Origin: Deferribacterales bacterium
GTDB taxonomy: Bacteria; Chrysiogenota; Deferribacteres; Deferribacterales; Geovibrionaceae
Direction of reading: 5' to 3'
Length of the DNA stretch: 64,000 nucleotides
Assembly (NCBI GenBank): GCA_050251875.1
Contig: JBFWMA010000006.1
Location: forward strand, 32,001-96,000
A program made the position numbers and the translations under genes. Of this stretch, positions 48,074 through 59,279 are shown piece after piece. The first letter of the stretch is position 1, and every line of letters starts with the position of its first letter. Under the pieces are notes generated by a model. It worked only from the letters and a program-made list of their open reading frames with translations. It was not told the origin of the DNA and did no database searches.

Positions 48074-48649
48074 CTACTTAACCAGACCGGAGAATCCCAT
48101 GAAGGCGAGAGCCAGAATTCCGGCTGTGATGAACGCCACGGGGAGTCCTCTGAAGTAGAATGGTATATCCGAAAGCTCTATGCGCTCTCTGATGCCGGAG
48201 AACAGCACCAGAGCCAGTGTGAACCCGAGGGCTGAGCCTATGGTGAACACCAGCATCTGAACGAAGCTGAATCCCGACTGAATGTTAATAATAGCGGCGC
48301 CCAGAATGGCGCAGTTGGTGGTTATCAGCGGCAGAAAAATACCGAGTGACTGATAGAGATCGGGCGAAACTTTTTCGATAACCATCTCCACGAACTGAAC
48401 CAGAGCGGCGATAACCAGAATGAAGACGATAGTCTGGAGATATCCCACCCCCAGCCTGTCCAGCACGGCGTATTGGATTATCCATGTGATGATGCCCGCC
48501 ACCGCCATAACAAATGTGACGGCGAGCCCCATACCGATGGCTGTCTCCACCTTCTTGGATACTCCGAAGAAGGGGCATATTCCCAGAAATCTTGCCAGTA
48601 CGAAGTTGTTAACCAGTACGGCGCTGACGAAAAGTAAAAACAGGCTCAT
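48074..48649 (-). CDS. rnfA: Rnf complex subunit A
   Basis: [27 protein letters not shown]. Confidence 0.95.
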   Translation of the reverse strand: MSLFLLFVSAVLVNNFVLARFLGICPFFGVSKKVETAIGMGLAVTFVMAVAGIITWIIQYAVLDRLGVGYLQTIVFILVIAALVQFVEMVIEKVSPDLYQSLGIFLPLITTNCAILGAAIINIQSGFSFVQMLVFTIGSALGFTLALVLFSGIRERIELSDIPFYFRGLPVAFITAGILALAFMGFSGLVK

Positions 48650-49257
48650 ATCTGGTCACCCGCCTTTATTCTTTTGCGTTCTTCCACAAAATTATTTATA
48701 GCCATCAGAAATCCCAGAACCATGAAGGCGCCGGGAGGAAGTATCATAAGTATGGACGGGCTGTAGTGAGGTCCGAAAAGATGGATGCCGAAGAGTGTTC
48801 CGTTACCCATTATCTCCCTGACACTGCCCAGAATGAAAAGAGTGAGGGTGAACCCTATCCCTGAGCCTATGCCGTCCAGCAGAGAATAGAACACGTTGTT
48901 TTTAGAGGCGAAACTCTCCGCCCTGCCCAGAACTATGCAGTTAACAACTATCAGGGGGATGAAAAGCCCCAGAAGTTTATGAAGATCATGCAGATAGGCG
49001 TTCATCATCAGGTCGATGACGGTAACGAAGCTGGCGATGATAACGATGAATGCCGGTATGCGCACCTTCGGCGGAATGATGTTCTTAACCAGAGACACCA
49101 CCACGTTAGAGCCCATCAGAACGCCCATGGTGGCAAGCCCCATGGCTATCCCGTTGATGGCGGACGTGGTGACTGCCAGTGTGGGACACAGCCCCAGCAC
49201 CTGCTTCATTACGGGGTTGTTTTTAAAAATTCCGTCTGTCAGCACAGATATTTTCAT
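48646..49257 (-). CDS. rnfE: Rnf complex subunit E
   Basis: [29 protein letters not shown]. Confidence 0.95.
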   Translation of the reverse strand: MKISVLTDGIFKNNPVMKQVLGLCPTLAVTTSAINGIAMGLATMGVLMGSNVVVSLVKNIIPPKVRIPAFIVIIASFVTVIDLMMNAYLHDLHKLLGLFIPLIVVNCIVLGRAESFASKNNVFYSLLDGIGSGIGFTLTLFILGSVREIMGNGTLFGIHLFGPHYSPSILMILPPGAFMVLGFLMAINNFVEERKRIKAGDQI

Positions 49258-49805
49258 TTTTCCCCTCCCGCTTCGTTCATCAGCTTCAGAGCGTCACGAA
49301 CAGCCTCGCACACGGCACGGGGTGAAATGGTCGCCCCGCTGAACGAGTCTATCTCGCCGCCGTCTTTTTTCACATGTATGTTTGAGCGGACATCTTTGTT
49401 TTTAAAGCTGTCTTTCCACTCCGGATTCTCTATTTTGTTGCCCAGACCGGGTGTCTCGGCGTGTTTGATTATCTCTATGCCCAGTATTTTACCTTTGGTG
49501 TCCACACCCACCAGAACCACTATGTCTCCGGCATATCCTTTGGCGGATCTGCTCTGGACGGCGTATCCAATTATTTCGCCGTTTTTGCGCCCTATGTATA
49601 TTTTATTTCCGTTGTATTCCTTCACTTCTCTGTCCGGTTCATTGTCGAATCCGGGCAGAACCTCTGTGAGTCCTTTCAGAAAATCTTTTCTGTACGCCTC
49701 TTTTATCTTGGCATCGGTCAGCTCGTTCACCCCAGCCAGAATGAAGGCGGAGAGAGCGGATATCAGAGTCAGCACTATCACCATGCCTATCGCCTTGTCT
49801 CTCAT
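49254..49805 (-). CDS. rnfG: Rnf complex subunit G
   Basis: N-terminal TM, GYAG, ETPGLG, FMN-attachment motif SGAT. Confidence 0.93.
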   Translation of the reverse strand: MRDKAIGMVIVLTLISALSAFILAGVNELTDAKIKEAYRKDFLKGLTEVLPGFDNEPDREVKEYNGNKIYIGRKNGEIIGYAVQSRSAKGYAGDIVVLVGVDTKGKILGIEIIKHAETPGLGNKIENPEWKDSFKNKDVRSNIHVKKDGGEIDSFSGATISPRAVCEAVRDALKLMNEAGGEK

Positions 49806-50782
49806 GCTCTCACCTCGCCGAAGCTCGCCGGGCGCATGTATTTATCCATCAGCGGGACGAAGGCGTTCATTATAAGAATAGCGAAACCCACACCGTCAGG
49901 ATAACTGCCGTATATCCTGATGAGACATGTGATAACGCCGCACCCGATTCCGAAAATGAGCTGAGCTTTTTTGTTGATGGGGCTGGTGACATAGTCTGTC
50001 GCCATGAAGAAAGCGCCCAGCATCACACCGCCGGAGATTATATGCATGAAAGGATCAAGAGCCCTGTGGGGAGCTATGAGCCATACTATACCGGAGAAGA
50101 TGAAAACAGTTCCGATGAAGGTCACGGGGATGTGCCATGTGATTATTCTGCGGCTCAGCATATACGCTCCGCCCACCAGAACAAATATCGCCCCGTCACC
50201 GCCCAGACATCCGCTGACGTTGCCGAATATCTGATCGGAGTATGTGGACACGTTATGCGCCATTATCTGCCCGTGGGCGATGATGTCCGCCTTGGTAAGC
50301 CCCAGAGGGGTAGCGGAGCTGACAGCGTCAAAGAAGAATGAGCCGCCCGGTTTCACCCATGACGTCATCTCGGCGGGCCATGCGATCAGCAGAAATATTC
50401 TGGCGACCAGAGCCGGGTTGAAAGGGTTCTGCCCCAGACCTCCGTACACCTGTTTCGACATGACGATGGCAACGAATGAACCGCACAGCATAGCCCACCA
50501 GGGAGCGCCCGCCGGCATGTTCATAGACAGCAGAACACCGGTCAGCAGAGCCGAATTGTCACGCAGACTGCACGGCTGTTTCAGAATTTTATTAAAAGCA
50601 TACTCAAAACCCATGCAGAACAGGGTTGTGAGCAGATATCCCTTAACGGCGTAATATCCGTAAAAATACACTGAAGCCAGCATCACGGGGATGAGAGCGA
50701 TGACAACATCCATCATAATCTTGTCGGTGGTGACGGTGTCTCTGTCGTGGGGGGAGAATGTAACCAACAACCTGTCAGGCAT
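49802..50782 (-). CDS. rnfD: Rnf complex subunit D
   Basis: SPH, GGLGQNPFNPA, FMN site SSATPL, AFFMATD. Confidence 0.95.
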   Translation of the reverse strand: MPDRLLVTFSPHDRDTVTTDKIMMDVVIALIPVMLASVYFYGYYAVKGYLLTTLFCMGFEYAFNKILKQPCSLRDNSALLTGVLLSMNMPAGAPWWAMLCGSFVAIVMSKQVYGGLGQNPFNPALVARIFLLIAWPAEMTSWVKPGGSFFFDAVSSATPLGLTKADIIAHGQIMAHNVSTYSDQIFGNVSGCLGGDGAIFVLVGGAYMLSRRIITWHIPVTFIGTVFIFSGIVWLIAPHRALDPFMHIISGGVMLGAFFMATDYVTSPINKKAQLIFGIGCGVITCLIRIYGSYPDGVGFAILIMNAFVPLMDKYMRPASFGEVRA

Positions 50783-52082
50783 TGTTCGCCTCCCTCTCTT
50801 TTATCATCCTCAGGATGTGTCTTTTCGATGTTTTGAACCCGCTCGCCAGCGTGCGTCTGGCGGGGCATACATAGGTACAGCATCCGCACTCGATACAGTT
50901 CATGACGTGGTATTCCTCCAGCGCCTCATACATCTCACGGACGACATATCTGTCCATGGCGGATGGGACAAGAGCCATAGGACAGGCGTCCACGCATCTG
51001 CCGCAGCGGATGCACGGGGTCTGCTTGAGATCAGGCAGATCCTCCTGACGGTATACCAGTATTCCGCTTGTGCCTTTTATCACGGGGGTTTCCGTGGATG
51101 AAACGGCGAGCCCCATCATAGGTCCGCCCATAACTATCTTTCTTGGAACGCCGATGAACCCTCCGCACTCCTCTATCAGCTTTGATATAGGCGTGCCGAT
51201 GGGTACCAGCAGGTTTTTCGGGTTTCTGACGGCGCCTGTCACTGTCACCACACGCTCGAACAGCGGTTTTTTGTGCTCCACAGCGTCATACACGGCGGCG
51301 GCGGTGCCGACGTTGTGCACTATCACGCCCACCTCCAGAGGGAGCTTGCCCTCCGGAACTATCCTGTCGGTACAGGCTTTTATAAGCTGTTTTTCACCGC
51401 CCTGAGGATATTTTACATCCAGCGGAATCAGCTCGAACCCGTATTCCTGCTCCATATTTCTAAAAAGAGCGATGGAGGCGGGTTTATTCTTTTCTATAGC
51501 TATTATGAGATTTTTGATTTTCAGATTTTTCTGTATCAGGACAGCGCCCTTCACTATATCCAGCGAGCGCTCTATCATCATCCTGTGGTCGCATGTGAGA
51601 TATGGTTCGCACTCGGCGCCGTTTATCAGCAGAGTGTCCACCTCTTTCGGCGGTGACAGCTTTACATGGGAAGGAAATGACGCGCCGCCCAGACCTGTGA
51701 TGCCCGCCGCCTGAACAGCTTTCTGAAATGTTTCGGTGTCGGGGGTCGGCATGAACTCTTCGTCATCGGTTTCCGCCTCAATGGATATCCCCTCCACTCT
51801 TCCCGCCATCGGGTGAATCACGGAGGATATGCCCAGCACCTTTCCTGTGACGGAGCTGTGCACGGGGGAGCTGATGAATCCGGCAGCCTCAGCTATGAGC
51901 TCGCCTTTTTTCACCTGCTGACCTTTTGTCACGACAGCCTTTGCGGGCGCTCCTATATGCTGGGAAAGGGGGATGCTCACTATGTCGCCCGCCTTCACGG
52001 ACAAACGTTCCACAGCGCATCCGCTGGTGGCAGATTTGTTGTATTGTGGGTGGATGCCGCCTTTAAATCCGAAAAAAGGCAT
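50775..52082 (-). CDS. rnfC: Rnf complex subunit C
   Basis: QHIGAP, GLGGA.FP, NGAECEPYLT.D, YPQGGE, GGPMMG, CIRCGRC, CIECGCC. Confidence 0.95.
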   Translation of the reverse strand: MPFFGFKGGIHPQYNKSATSGCAVERLSVKAGDIVSIPLSQHIGAPAKAVVTKGQQVKKGELIAEAAGFISSPVHSSVTGKVLGISSVIHPMAGRVEGISIEAETDDEEFMPTPDTETFQKAVQAAGITGLGGASFPSHVKLSPPKEVDTLLINGAECEPYLTCDHRMMIERSLDIVKGAVLIQKNLKIKNLIIAIEKNKPASIALFRNMEQEYGFELIPLDVKYPQGGEKQLIKACTDRIVPEGKLPLEVGVIVHNVGTAAAVYDAVEHKKPLFERVVTVTGAVRNPKNLLVPIGTPISKLIEECGGFIGVPRKIVMGGPMMGLAVSSTETPVIKGTSGILVYRQEDLPDLKQTPCIRCGRCVDACPMALVPSAMDRYVVREMYEALEEYHVMNCIECGCCTYVCPARRTLASGFKTSKRHILRMIKEREANNA

Positions 52083-52085
52083 GGT

Positions 52086-52541
52086 TTACCTTTGCTCGAA
52101 TTTTATCAGCTGAACCTTCTTCTCATAGAGCATTTCGTCTGCCAGCGGGTCGTTGTATCCCACTTCGTAAACGACTTTCTCTATGCCTGCGTTGCAGATC
52201 ATCTTGGCGCAGATGGAGCAAGGTTTCGTATTGCAGTAGAGGGTTGAGCCCTTAATGCTGATACCGTGATACGCCGCCTGAATGATGGCGTTCTGCTCCG
52301 CGTGCAGACCTCTGCATATCTCGTGGCGTTCGCCGGAGGGGACTTTCAGCTGTTCTCTTAAGCATCCTGTCACATCGCAGTGAGTGATGCCGGAGGGTAC
52401 GCCGTTGTATCCTGTGGCGAGAATATGGTGGTCTTTCACAATCACCGCCCCTACCTGCCTGCGCATGCAAGTGGAGCGTTTTTTAACCAGATTGGTCATC
52501 TCTATGAAATATTCGTCCCAGCTGGGTCTGTTCATTGTCAT
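52086..52541 (-). CDS. Deoxycytidylate deaminase family protein
   Basis: [32 protein letters not shown]. Confidence 0.9.
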   Translation of the reverse strand: MTMNRPSWDEYFIEMTNLVKKRSTCMRRQVGAVIVKDHHILATGYNGVPSGITHCDVTGCLREQLKVPSGERHEICRGLHAEQNAIIQAAYHGISIKGSTLYCNTKPCSICAKMICNAGIEKVVYEVGYNDPLADEMLYEKKVQLIKFEQR

Positions 52542-52545
52542 GGTT

Positions 52546-52998
52546 CTACTTCCAGCTCTTTTCTGCCAGAGCGTCCAGCTTGTCTATCCTGCGCTGGTGT
52601 CTGCCGCCCTCAAACTCGGTGGTGAGGAACAGATCGACCATGTCCACAGCACGCTCTATTGTCGTGATGCGTCCGCCCACAGCCATTATGTTGGCATCGT
52701 TATGCATTCTGGACATTTTCGCCGTGTATGTGTCGAAGCACAGAGCGCAGCGGATGCCCTTGAATTTATTAGCCGCTATGGATATGCCTATGCCGGAACC
52801 GCACATGATGACAGCACAGTCGGCATCGCCGTTCAGCACAGCCTCAGCCGCTTTCGCGCCGTAATCAGGATAGTCCACGGACTCTTCAGAATCTGTTCCC
52901 AGATCCAGAACCGTGTATCCTTTAGATTGTAAGTATTGTTTTATCTGAGTCTTAAGACCGTATCCGCCGTGATCGGAGGCGAGAGCTACCTTTTTCAA
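52546..52998 (-). CDS. rpiB: Ribose-5-phosphate isomerase B
   Basis: SDHGG, DYPD, CGSGIG, HNDAN, FEGGRH..R; TTG start behind GAGGTG. Confidence 0.93.
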   Translation of the reverse strand: MKKVALASDHGGYGLKTQIKQYLQSKGYTVLDLGTDSEESVDYPDYGAKAAEAVLNGDADCAVIMCGSGIGISIAANKFKGIRCALCFDTYTAKMSRMHNDANIMAVGGRITTIERAVDMVDLFLTTEFEGGRHQRRIDKLDALAEKSWK

Positions 52999-53121
52999 AA
53001 TACACCTCTGCAAATCAAAAGTCGCAAAAATTATCTATAGATATAATCTATAAAGCTATCTGCATAATTTAATATTAGCATAGCCTTTTAGAATTGAAAA
53101 CGATTAATTTTAGAAAAAAGC

Positions 53122-54030
53122 CTACTCGCTTCTGGGGATGGCGAGCATCCTCTCTATGCAGGTGACGGCCTTCTTTGCCACATCTTTATCAACGGTTATC
53201 ACGTTGCTCATATTCAGAAGACACTCATAAACATCTTTCAGAGAAGTCTTTTTCATGTTCTTGCATGTGAATCCGCTGTAAGCGAACAGAAATTCCTTAT
53301 CCGGATTTTCCCTGCGCAGTCTGTATCCCACGCCCTCTTCTGTCGCTATGATGAATTTTTTGGAAGGATGTTCTTTACAGTAACCGTATATTCCGGAAGT
53401 AGAGCAGACATGATCCGCCATATCCACCACAGCGGGGGGACACTCCGGGTGAGCCACCACAACGGCATCGGGATTTTTCGCCTTCAGCTCGTTGATCTCT
53501 TTCTCCGTCACACGGTTATGAATGGGGCAGAAACCGGGGTAGAGCACGATCTCTTTGTCGGTGAACCGCTGGACATAGTGTCCGAGGTTTTTATCCGGAA
53601 CAAAGAGAATCTTGTCCGTCTGCACGCTCTTTACCACGTTCACAGCGTTGCCCGATGTGCAGCAGAGGTCGCTCTGCGCCTTTACCTCGGCGGTGGAGTT
53701 CACATAGCAGATGGTGGTGGCGCCGGGATGCTGAGCCTTGAACTCGGCGAGCTTTTCGCCTGTAATCATATCGGCCATGGGGCATCCGGCATCCATTCTG
53801 GGCAGAAGGACAGTCTTTTCCGGTGCGAGCATGTGGGCGGTCTCCGCCATGAAATGCACGCCGCAGAAAACAATGACCTTGTTCGATGTTTTCGCCGCCT
53901 CTATGGAGAGCCCCAGCGAATCACCGACTATGTCGGCAATTTCCTGAATGTCGTCTATCTGATAGTTGTGCGCCAGAATCACGGCGTCACGTTCTTTCGC
54001 CAGTCTTTTTATCTCTGCTTTGTAGTCCAT
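53122..54030 (-). CDS. nadA: Quinolinate synthase A
   Basis: [37 protein letters not shown]. Confidence 0.95.
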   Translation of the reverse strand: MDYKAEIKRLAKERDAVILAHNYQIDDIQEIADIVGDSLGLSIEAAKTSNKVIVFCGVHFMAETAHMLAPEKTVLLPRMDAGCPMADMITGEKLAEFKAQHPGATTICYVNSTAEVKAQSDLCCTSGNAVNVVKSVQTDKILFVPDKNLGHYVQRFTDKEIVLYPGFCPIHNRVTEKEINELKAKNPDAVVVAHPECPPAVVDMADHVCSTSGIYGYCKEHPSKKFIIATEEGVGYRLRRENPDKEFLFAYSGFTCKNMKKTSLKDVYECLLNMSNVITVDKDVAKKAVTCIERMLAIPRSE

Positions 54031-54031
54031 A

Positions 54032-54805
54032 TCAGTCTCCTGATGTGATTGATACCTTTGAGAAATCAACAACTTTCATTGCGCTGTCATACTCGAAAAA
54101 CAAGGCATTAAACACCATTTTACCCTTATTTTCAACCTCAAATTTCCTCGGCATTCCCGTCAGAAATCTTTCTATGGGGGCGTCTTTCGCCATTCCTATC
54201 ACAGAGTTGAGGCTTCCGCACATTCCTGTGTCGGTGAGATACAGCGTTCCCTTGGGCAATATTCTGTCGTCATTTGTCTGCACATGTGTGTGTGTGCCTG
54301 TAACCGCTCCGGCTCTGCCGTCGGCGTAAAAACCGAAGGCAGCCTTCTCGCTGGTCGCCTCGGCGTGGAAATCTACAAATACAAATCCCTCGGCGTCCTT
54401 CACAATACTGTCGAACTTCCTGAAAGGACAGTCCGAAAGCCCCATGAAAACACGTCCGATGAGGTTGATAGCTGTAAATTTCTCACCGTTTTTCTCTATT
54501 GTGATGTGACCGTTTCCGGGCACACCCTCCGGCAGATTGGCGGGGCGGATAAGATTCTCCATCTTTCTGATGCTCGTCTCCGTCTCTCTGTTGTCCCATA
54601 TATGGTTTCCGGTGGTGAGGATGTCTATATCCAGACGCATAAGCTCTTCATAGACAGCATAGGTAATGCCGAACCCTCCGGATGAGTTTTCGGCATTAGC
54701 GATGATAATATCGGGTCTGTATTTTTCACGGACAGACGGCAGAAAGGTTTGAACCGCCTTTCTGCCCGCTCTGCCGATAATGTCTCCGATGTGGAGTATT
54801 CTCAC
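54032..54805 (-). CDS. ymdB: YmdB-like metallophosphoesterase
   Basis: [35 protein letters not shown]; follows rny. Confidence 0.92.
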   Translation of the reverse strand: MRILHIGDIIGRAGRKAVQTFLPSVREKYRPDIIIANAENSSGGFGITYAVYEELMRLDIDILTTGNHIWDNRETETSIRKMENLIRPANLPEGVPGNGHITIEKNGEKFTAINLIGRVFMGLSDCPFRKFDSIVKDAEGFVFVDFHAEATSEKAAFGFYADGRAGAVTGTHTHVQTNDDRILPKGTLYLTDTGMCGSLNSVIGMAKDAPIERFLTGMPRKFEVENKGKMVFNALFFEYDSAMKVVDFSKVSITSGD

Positions 54806-56361
54806 TTAGCGTATCCGACCGCGCGTGACTCACGAATCACGGTCACTTTGATCTGTCCGGGATATGTGAGCTCCTCCTCGATCTGTTTGGGGATGTCTCT
54901 GGACAGAGTTATCAGTCTCTCATCGTTCACTCTTTCGGGCTCAACGATGATACGCACCTCACGTCCTGCCTGGATAGCGTAAGATTTGCTTACACCCTCA
55001 AAGCCTGAAGCGATTGTCTCGAGGTTTTCCAGACGTTTGATATAGCTCTCAAGAACCTCACGTCTGGCGCCGGGGCGTGACGCTGATATGGCATCAGCGG
55101 ACTGCACCAGAACCGCCTCGATACATTTGAACTCTTCCTCGCCGTGGTGGGAAGCGATGGCGTTGATAACTCTCCAGTCCTCTTTGTGCTTTTTAGCGAC
55201 CTCAACACCTATCTCGGTGTGTGATCCCTCAGCCTCATAGTCTATAGCTTTACCAATATCGTGCAGAAGTCCCGCGCGTTTGGCTATTTTCTCGTTCAGT
55301 CCCAGCTCAGCCGCCATGAGACCTGTGATCTTGGCAACTTCGATAGAGTGACCCAGAACGTTCTGACCGTAAGAAGTTCTGTATTTCAGACGACCCAGCA
55401 GTCTGGTGATGTCTTTGCTCACGTTGTGCAGTCCGAGGTTGAAGAGTGCTTCCTCGCCCACTTCCAGAACGTGTTTTTCCAGCTCTTCTTTCGCCTTGTT
55501 GTAAATCTCCTCGATTCTCGCCGGGTGGATACGTCCGTCAGACACCAGTCTTTCCAGAGTCATCTTGGCGATTTCTCTGCGGAAAGGATCATAGGATGAC
55601 AGGATAACCGCTTCCGGTGTGTCGTCAACGATGATGTCAACGCCTGTCACGCTCTCGAATGTTCTGATGTTTCTTCCCTCACGTCCGATGATACGTCCCT
55701 TCATCTCGTCAGAGGGCAGTGTAACCACTGTCACAGTGATCTCTGAGATGTATTCGGGGGCGCATCTCTGGATGGCTGTGGAGATAATGCTTCTGGCTTT
55801 TTTATCGGCTTCCGCTTTTGTCTCCTCTTCCATCTCGCGCAGGGTTCTGGCGGCTTCCAGCTTAGCATCGTCCACCATCTGGGCGATCAGCATCTGTTTC
55901 GCCTCTTCGCTGGTCATATTGGCTATCTTCTCTGTTTCGAAGATAATGTTCTGTTTCAGTTCATTGATGCGCTCTTTTGTGGCCTCTATCTCTTTGACTC
56001 TTCTGTCGAAATCAGCGTCTTTCTGAGCGATGGCTTCCTCTTTTTTCTCGAGAGACTCCATCTTTTTATCCACTGCCTCTTCCTTCTGGAAGATGCGCTT
56101 CTCCTGAACTTTCAGGTCATTGCGTTTTTCTTTAACTTCTCTTTCGATCTCCGCTTTGCCTTTATTAACAATATCTTTGGCTTCCAGCTTTGATTCTTTG
56201 ATAACATCGTCCGCCTCTCTTTTGGCTCTGCTCACGATGTCTTCCGCTGTTTTGTTCAGTTTTTGGTTTTCAACGTCATTTCTTTTTTTCTGCATGAACA
56301 TTCCGAAGAATGCTCCGATAACAGCTCCGGCTATCACCAGCAGGTAATAAACACTACCCAT
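54802..56361 (-). CDS. rny: Ribonuclease Y
   Basis: N-terminal TM, coiled coil, KH ([13 protein letters not shown]), HD (LLHDIGK), ARPGAR. Confidence 0.96.
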   Translation of the reverse strand: MGSVYYLLVIAGAVIGAFFGMFMQKKRNDVENQKLNKTAEDIVSRAKREADDVIKESKLEAKDIVNKGKAEIEREVKEKRNDLKVQEKRIFQKEEAVDKKMESLEKKEEAIAQKDADFDRRVKEIEATKERINELKQNIIFETEKIANMTSEEAKQMLIAQMVDDAKLEAARTLREMEEETKAEADKKARSIISTAIQRCAPEYISEITVTVVTLPSDEMKGRIIGREGRNIRTFESVTGVDIIVDDTPEAVILSSYDPFRREIAKMTLERLVSDGRIHPARIEEIYNKAKEELEKHVLEVGEEALFNLGLHNVSKDITRLLGRLKYRTSYGQNVLGHSIEVAKITGLMAAELGLNEKIAKRAGLLHDIGKAIDYEAEGSHTEIGVEVAKKHKEDWRVINAIASHHGEEEFKCIEAVLVQSADAISASRPGARREVLESYIKRLENLETIASGFEGVSKSYAIQAGREVRIIVEPERVNDERLITLSRDIPKQIEEELTYPGQIKVTVIRESRAVGYAK

Positions 56362-56906
56362 CAGCTGTTCCTCCTGTATATGTATTTTTCTGTAATGAGC
56401 AGTCCGCAAGGCACATCGTGGGGTTCAGCGCAGATGTCATCAACCACCTGACACTCAAATGCGAATCCGACAATGAAACCCGTTCCGCTCTGTTTCAGGA
56501 GCCTGTCATAATATCCCTTGCCGTATCCTGTCCTCACGCACTTTCTGTCGAAAGCTGTGCCGGGGACTATGGCAACGTCTATTTTTTCGATCGGGGCGCA
56601 CTGCACAGGCTCCGAAACACCGTATGCGCCCTTAACAAGAGATCCTTCCCCGCCGTATATCCCGATGCCTATATTTCCATCGGTTATTTTGGGCAGATAG
56701 ACCTTCCTGTTCATTTCATAAAGAATCTTTATCAGCTTCTGCGTTCTGACCTCAGACTTGATGGAGGCATAGCACAGAAAACTGTTAAAAGACGAAAACT
56801 CCTCAATAAATTTTCCGATTATAATATCGGAATATTTCTCTGCCGTGTAAGTATCCAGAGCGTCTCTGGCTGCCAGTCCGTTACTTCTTGCCTGAGCTTT
56901 TTCCAT
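56361..56906 (-). CDS. ygfA: 5-formyltetrahydrofolate cyclo-ligase
   Basis: [32 protein letters not shown]. Confidence 0.9.
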   Translation of the reverse strand: MEKAQARSNGLAARDALDTYTAEKYSDIIIGKFIEEFSSFNSFLCYASIKSEVRTQKLIKILYEMNRKVYLPKITDGNIGIGIYGGEGSLVKGAYGVSEPVQCAPIEKIDVAIVPGTAFDRKCVRTGYGKGYYDRLLKQSGTGFIVGFAFECQVVDDICAEPHDVPCGLLITEKYIYRRNS

Positions 56907-58113
56907 ATTCCTTGACACCGCTGTGGAGCTTTTTCAGCCTTTCGGCCAGCTTGCTTTCAAAACCGGCTTCCGATGGGTCGTAAAAAACCTTTCCGGTCGC
57001 TCCGTATTCCTGTTTCACGAATCCGCCGTGGTCGAACGGATACATATAGCCTTCGCCGTCTGTTCTGAGCGGCTCCGGCACGGACATAATGTTTTCTCCG
57101 ATGAATTTCTTCACCGCCCACATGGAGTTATAGCTTCTGTTGCTCTTGGGGCACGAAGCCAGAAAATTTATCACATGGGCGAGGATGATATCACCCTCCG
57201 GTCTGCCTACAGCCATAAAGTTTTCGTATGCGCTGTGGGCAAAGGTCACCGCGTCCGGATAGGCGTTGCCTATGTCCTCTGACGCGCTGATGAGAAGCCT
57301 GCGGAATATAGCCTCAGGCTCCATGCCGCTCTCCAGCAGGGTAAACCCCCACATAAGGGCGGAGTCGGGATCTGTTCCCCTGATACTCTTGATCATAGCC
57401 GAGAGCATGTTGTAGTGCTCATCGGGGTTGTATCTGCCTTTCGCTGTGTGCTCTGACGCCCCTTCTATGTTCAGATGGAGGTCATCGCCCCTGAACCTGC
57501 CGCCGATGGCGGAAAGCTCCAAAAGGCTTAAAAAACGTCTGCAGTCGCCATCACATGATGATATGAGTCTATGCAGACTTTCATCATCACAGACGACATT
57601 GACGGCATTGTACCGCTTTTTGAAATAGTCCACGGCTCTGCCGTAAAGCTCTTTCATATCTTCTTCGCCCAGTCTCCGGAGCGTAAAAACAAAGCTCCGT
57701 GAGCGCAGAGGATGGATCAGATTGTGATAGGGGTTTTCCGTGGAAGCGCCAATAAGTTTGGCGTGACCGGAATCTATCAGGTTTAAAAGCAGCACCTGCT
57801 GATTTTTGTTGAACCTGTGCAGTTCATCGAGAAAAAGCAGTATTCTGCCGGAAACCGATGCAGACTCCATTACCTGCCGGATCTCCGCTGTGCCCGCCGT
57901 TGCGGCGTGCATGCTTATGAAGGGCATCTTCAGGTGCTTTCCGATTATCTCGGCAAGAGTGGTTTTGCCTGTTCCCGGCGGACCGATCAGAATAATCGAA
58001 TCGAATCCTCCGTCCTCTACCATTCTGCGAAATACCGAATCCGCGCCCAGCAGATGCTTCTGCCCGGCTATATCGTCAAAGACCTCAGGTCTTAACTCTT
58101 CCAGTATTTTCAT
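56881..58113 (-). CDS. rarA: Replication-associated recombination protein A (MgsA/RarA AAA+ ATPase)
   Basis: LRP...GQ.HL, GPPGTGKTT, DELHRFNK.QQ, TENP, SAMIKSIRG.DPD, ASEDIG.A, PKSN. Confidence 0.92.
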   Translation of the reverse strand: MKILEELRPEVFDDIAGQKHLLGADSVFRRMVEDGGFDSIILIGPPGTGKTTLAEIIGKHLKMPFISMHAATAGTAEIRQVMESASVSGRILLFLDELHRFNKNQQVLLLNLIDSGHAKLIGASTENPYHNLIHPLRSRSFVFTLRRLGEEDMKELYGRAVDYFKKRYNAVNVVCDDESLHRLISSCDGDCRRFLSLLELSAIGGRFRGDDLHLNIEGASEHTAKGRYNPDEHYNMLSAMIKSIRGTDPDSALMWGFTLLESGMEPEAIFRRLLISASEDIGNAYPDAVTFAHSAYENFMAVGRPEGDIILAHVINFLASCPKSNRSYNSMWAVKKFIGENIMSVPEPLRTDGEGYMYPFDHGGFVKQEYGATGKVFYDPSEAGFESKLAERLKKLHSGVKEYGKSSGKK

Positions 58114-58154
58114 CTATATATAAACCCCTAACGGGCGGTGCAATTCTAACTTTT

Positions 58155-58283
58155 GCAGAAATTTTCCGTCCTGGAAAATTTCCGATACCGCTTCGCATCG
58201 GTAAAACCTCTGCTCCGCTTACGTTACGTTCATAAAAACGGCACAGCCGTTTTTATTCTCTACACGAACCACATCCTGTGGTT
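58155..58283. other. Array of four short hairpins in the rarA leader
   Basis: gaaattttcc-gtcct-ggaaaatttc; taccg...cggta; ataaaaacggc-aca-gccgtttttat; aaccac-atcct-gtggtt. Confidence 0.55.
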
Positions 58284-58287
58284 GTTT

Positions 58288-58433
58288 AGATTGCTTCGTC
58301 ACTTTGTTCCTCGCAATGACAGAAAAAAGGTCATTGCGAGCCGATGGAATCGGCGTGGCAATCTCATAAAAGAGATACTCTGAAACACTCTATGCTTGTG
58401 AGGTTGCTTCGTCACTACGTTCCTCGCAATGAC
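58288..58433. repeat. Three CGTC-type REP-like units in alternating orientation
   Basis: 58288-58320, 58330-58365 and 58400-58433 match the gtcattgcgag...gcaatctc family at 15091 and 15632. Confidence 0.75.
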
Positions 58434-58508
58434 AGTAAAACCTCAACATTATTTAACTACAATATTACCACAGCTAACAAACTGTGCAATATATATTTTT
58501 ATAAAAAA

Positions 58509-58686
58509 AGCCCCCGCATGTGCCGATACTTATAGTCCAATTGTAGCCCTGTACGTCAGGGCGGAGGAATCACGGCGCATTAGGCTTCCTACTCAAGGCA
58601 GGCTTGCACACCGCAGCCAGTATCATCCCCCTTTTCTGGAGTGTTGGCTCCAATTTTCCTATAAAACTCGAACACCGCAGGGGCTA
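58509..58686 (-). ncRNA. ssrS: 6S RNA
   Basis: About 178 nt with complementary ends (agcccc...ggggct); located directly downstream of zapA and upstream of the ygfA-containing operon, the conserved ssrS position; full fold not computed. Confidence 0.75.
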
Positions 58687-58699
58687 TTCTATTAAGCTG

Positions 58700-58972
58700 T
58701 TATCTGTCTACTTTCTGCAATATATCATCCAGAATGGCATCCGCCCTGTCGGAAAGATCCTTCAGGTCGAGATACTCAGCAGTGATGCTCAATGCCGCCA
58801 TCACAGCCAGTTTCTGGGTATCCAGCACTTTCACCTTGCTCTTAATCTCGTCCATGCGACCCTGTAAAAGCTCGGTTGTCTTGCGGACAAAATCTATATC
58901 TTTGTCTGTCACCAGCGGATACTGCAATCCGTTGATGCTGACCTTGTGTTCATAGACAGGCACTTTCAGCAC
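58700..58972 (-). CDS. zapA: Cell division protein ZapA
   Basis: VSINGLQYPL...RMDEI...KLAVMAALSI; synteny with 6S RNA. Confidence 0.85.
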   Translation of the reverse strand: MLKVPVYEHKVSINGLQYPLVTDKDIDFVRKTTELLQGRMDEIKSKVKVLDTQKLAVMAALSITAEYLDLKDLSDRADAILDDILQKVDR

Positions 58973-58982
58973 CCCGCTTTAT

Positions 58983-59174
58983 CTATAATCTTGAGATAAG
59001 ATTTTCAATCCTCTGCTTAACGGTTTCGTTCTTTTCCCTAAGCGAGAGGTTCTCTTCTTTCAGCTGGTTATTTTCGGTTTCCAGAAGAGACGCCTTATCC
59101 CGCTCTTTCTTGAGCTCATGCATAAGATTGTCTATCTTACTACTTAAAATATCCAGTTTTTCAAGAAGTTCCAT
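58983..59174 (-). CDS. Short coiled-coil protein, ZapB-like
   Basis: All-helical heptads ending VKQRIENLISRL; immediately upstream of zapA. Confidence 0.7.
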   Translation of the reverse strand: MELLEKLDILSSKIDNLMHELKKERDKASLLETENNQLKEENLSLREKNETVKQRIENLISRL

Positions 59175-59279
59175 GTAATCTTTATTACAATATTTATAAT
59201 CAGTTGTCAATAAATTAGAATAAAATCCTCACCCCAGATTTTAGTGGATAAATCCATTAACCGATGCTAAAATTCCTCC

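Noticed and set aside
58288..58433. CRISPR array
   Set aside because: Units alternate in orientation, spacing is irregular and no cas genes are present; these are REP-like palindromes.
58153..58867. Short plus-strand ORFs over the repeat/6S region (also 6291-6488)
   Set aside because: They are translations of palindromic repeats and of the 6S antisense strand, with no RBS or protein motifs.
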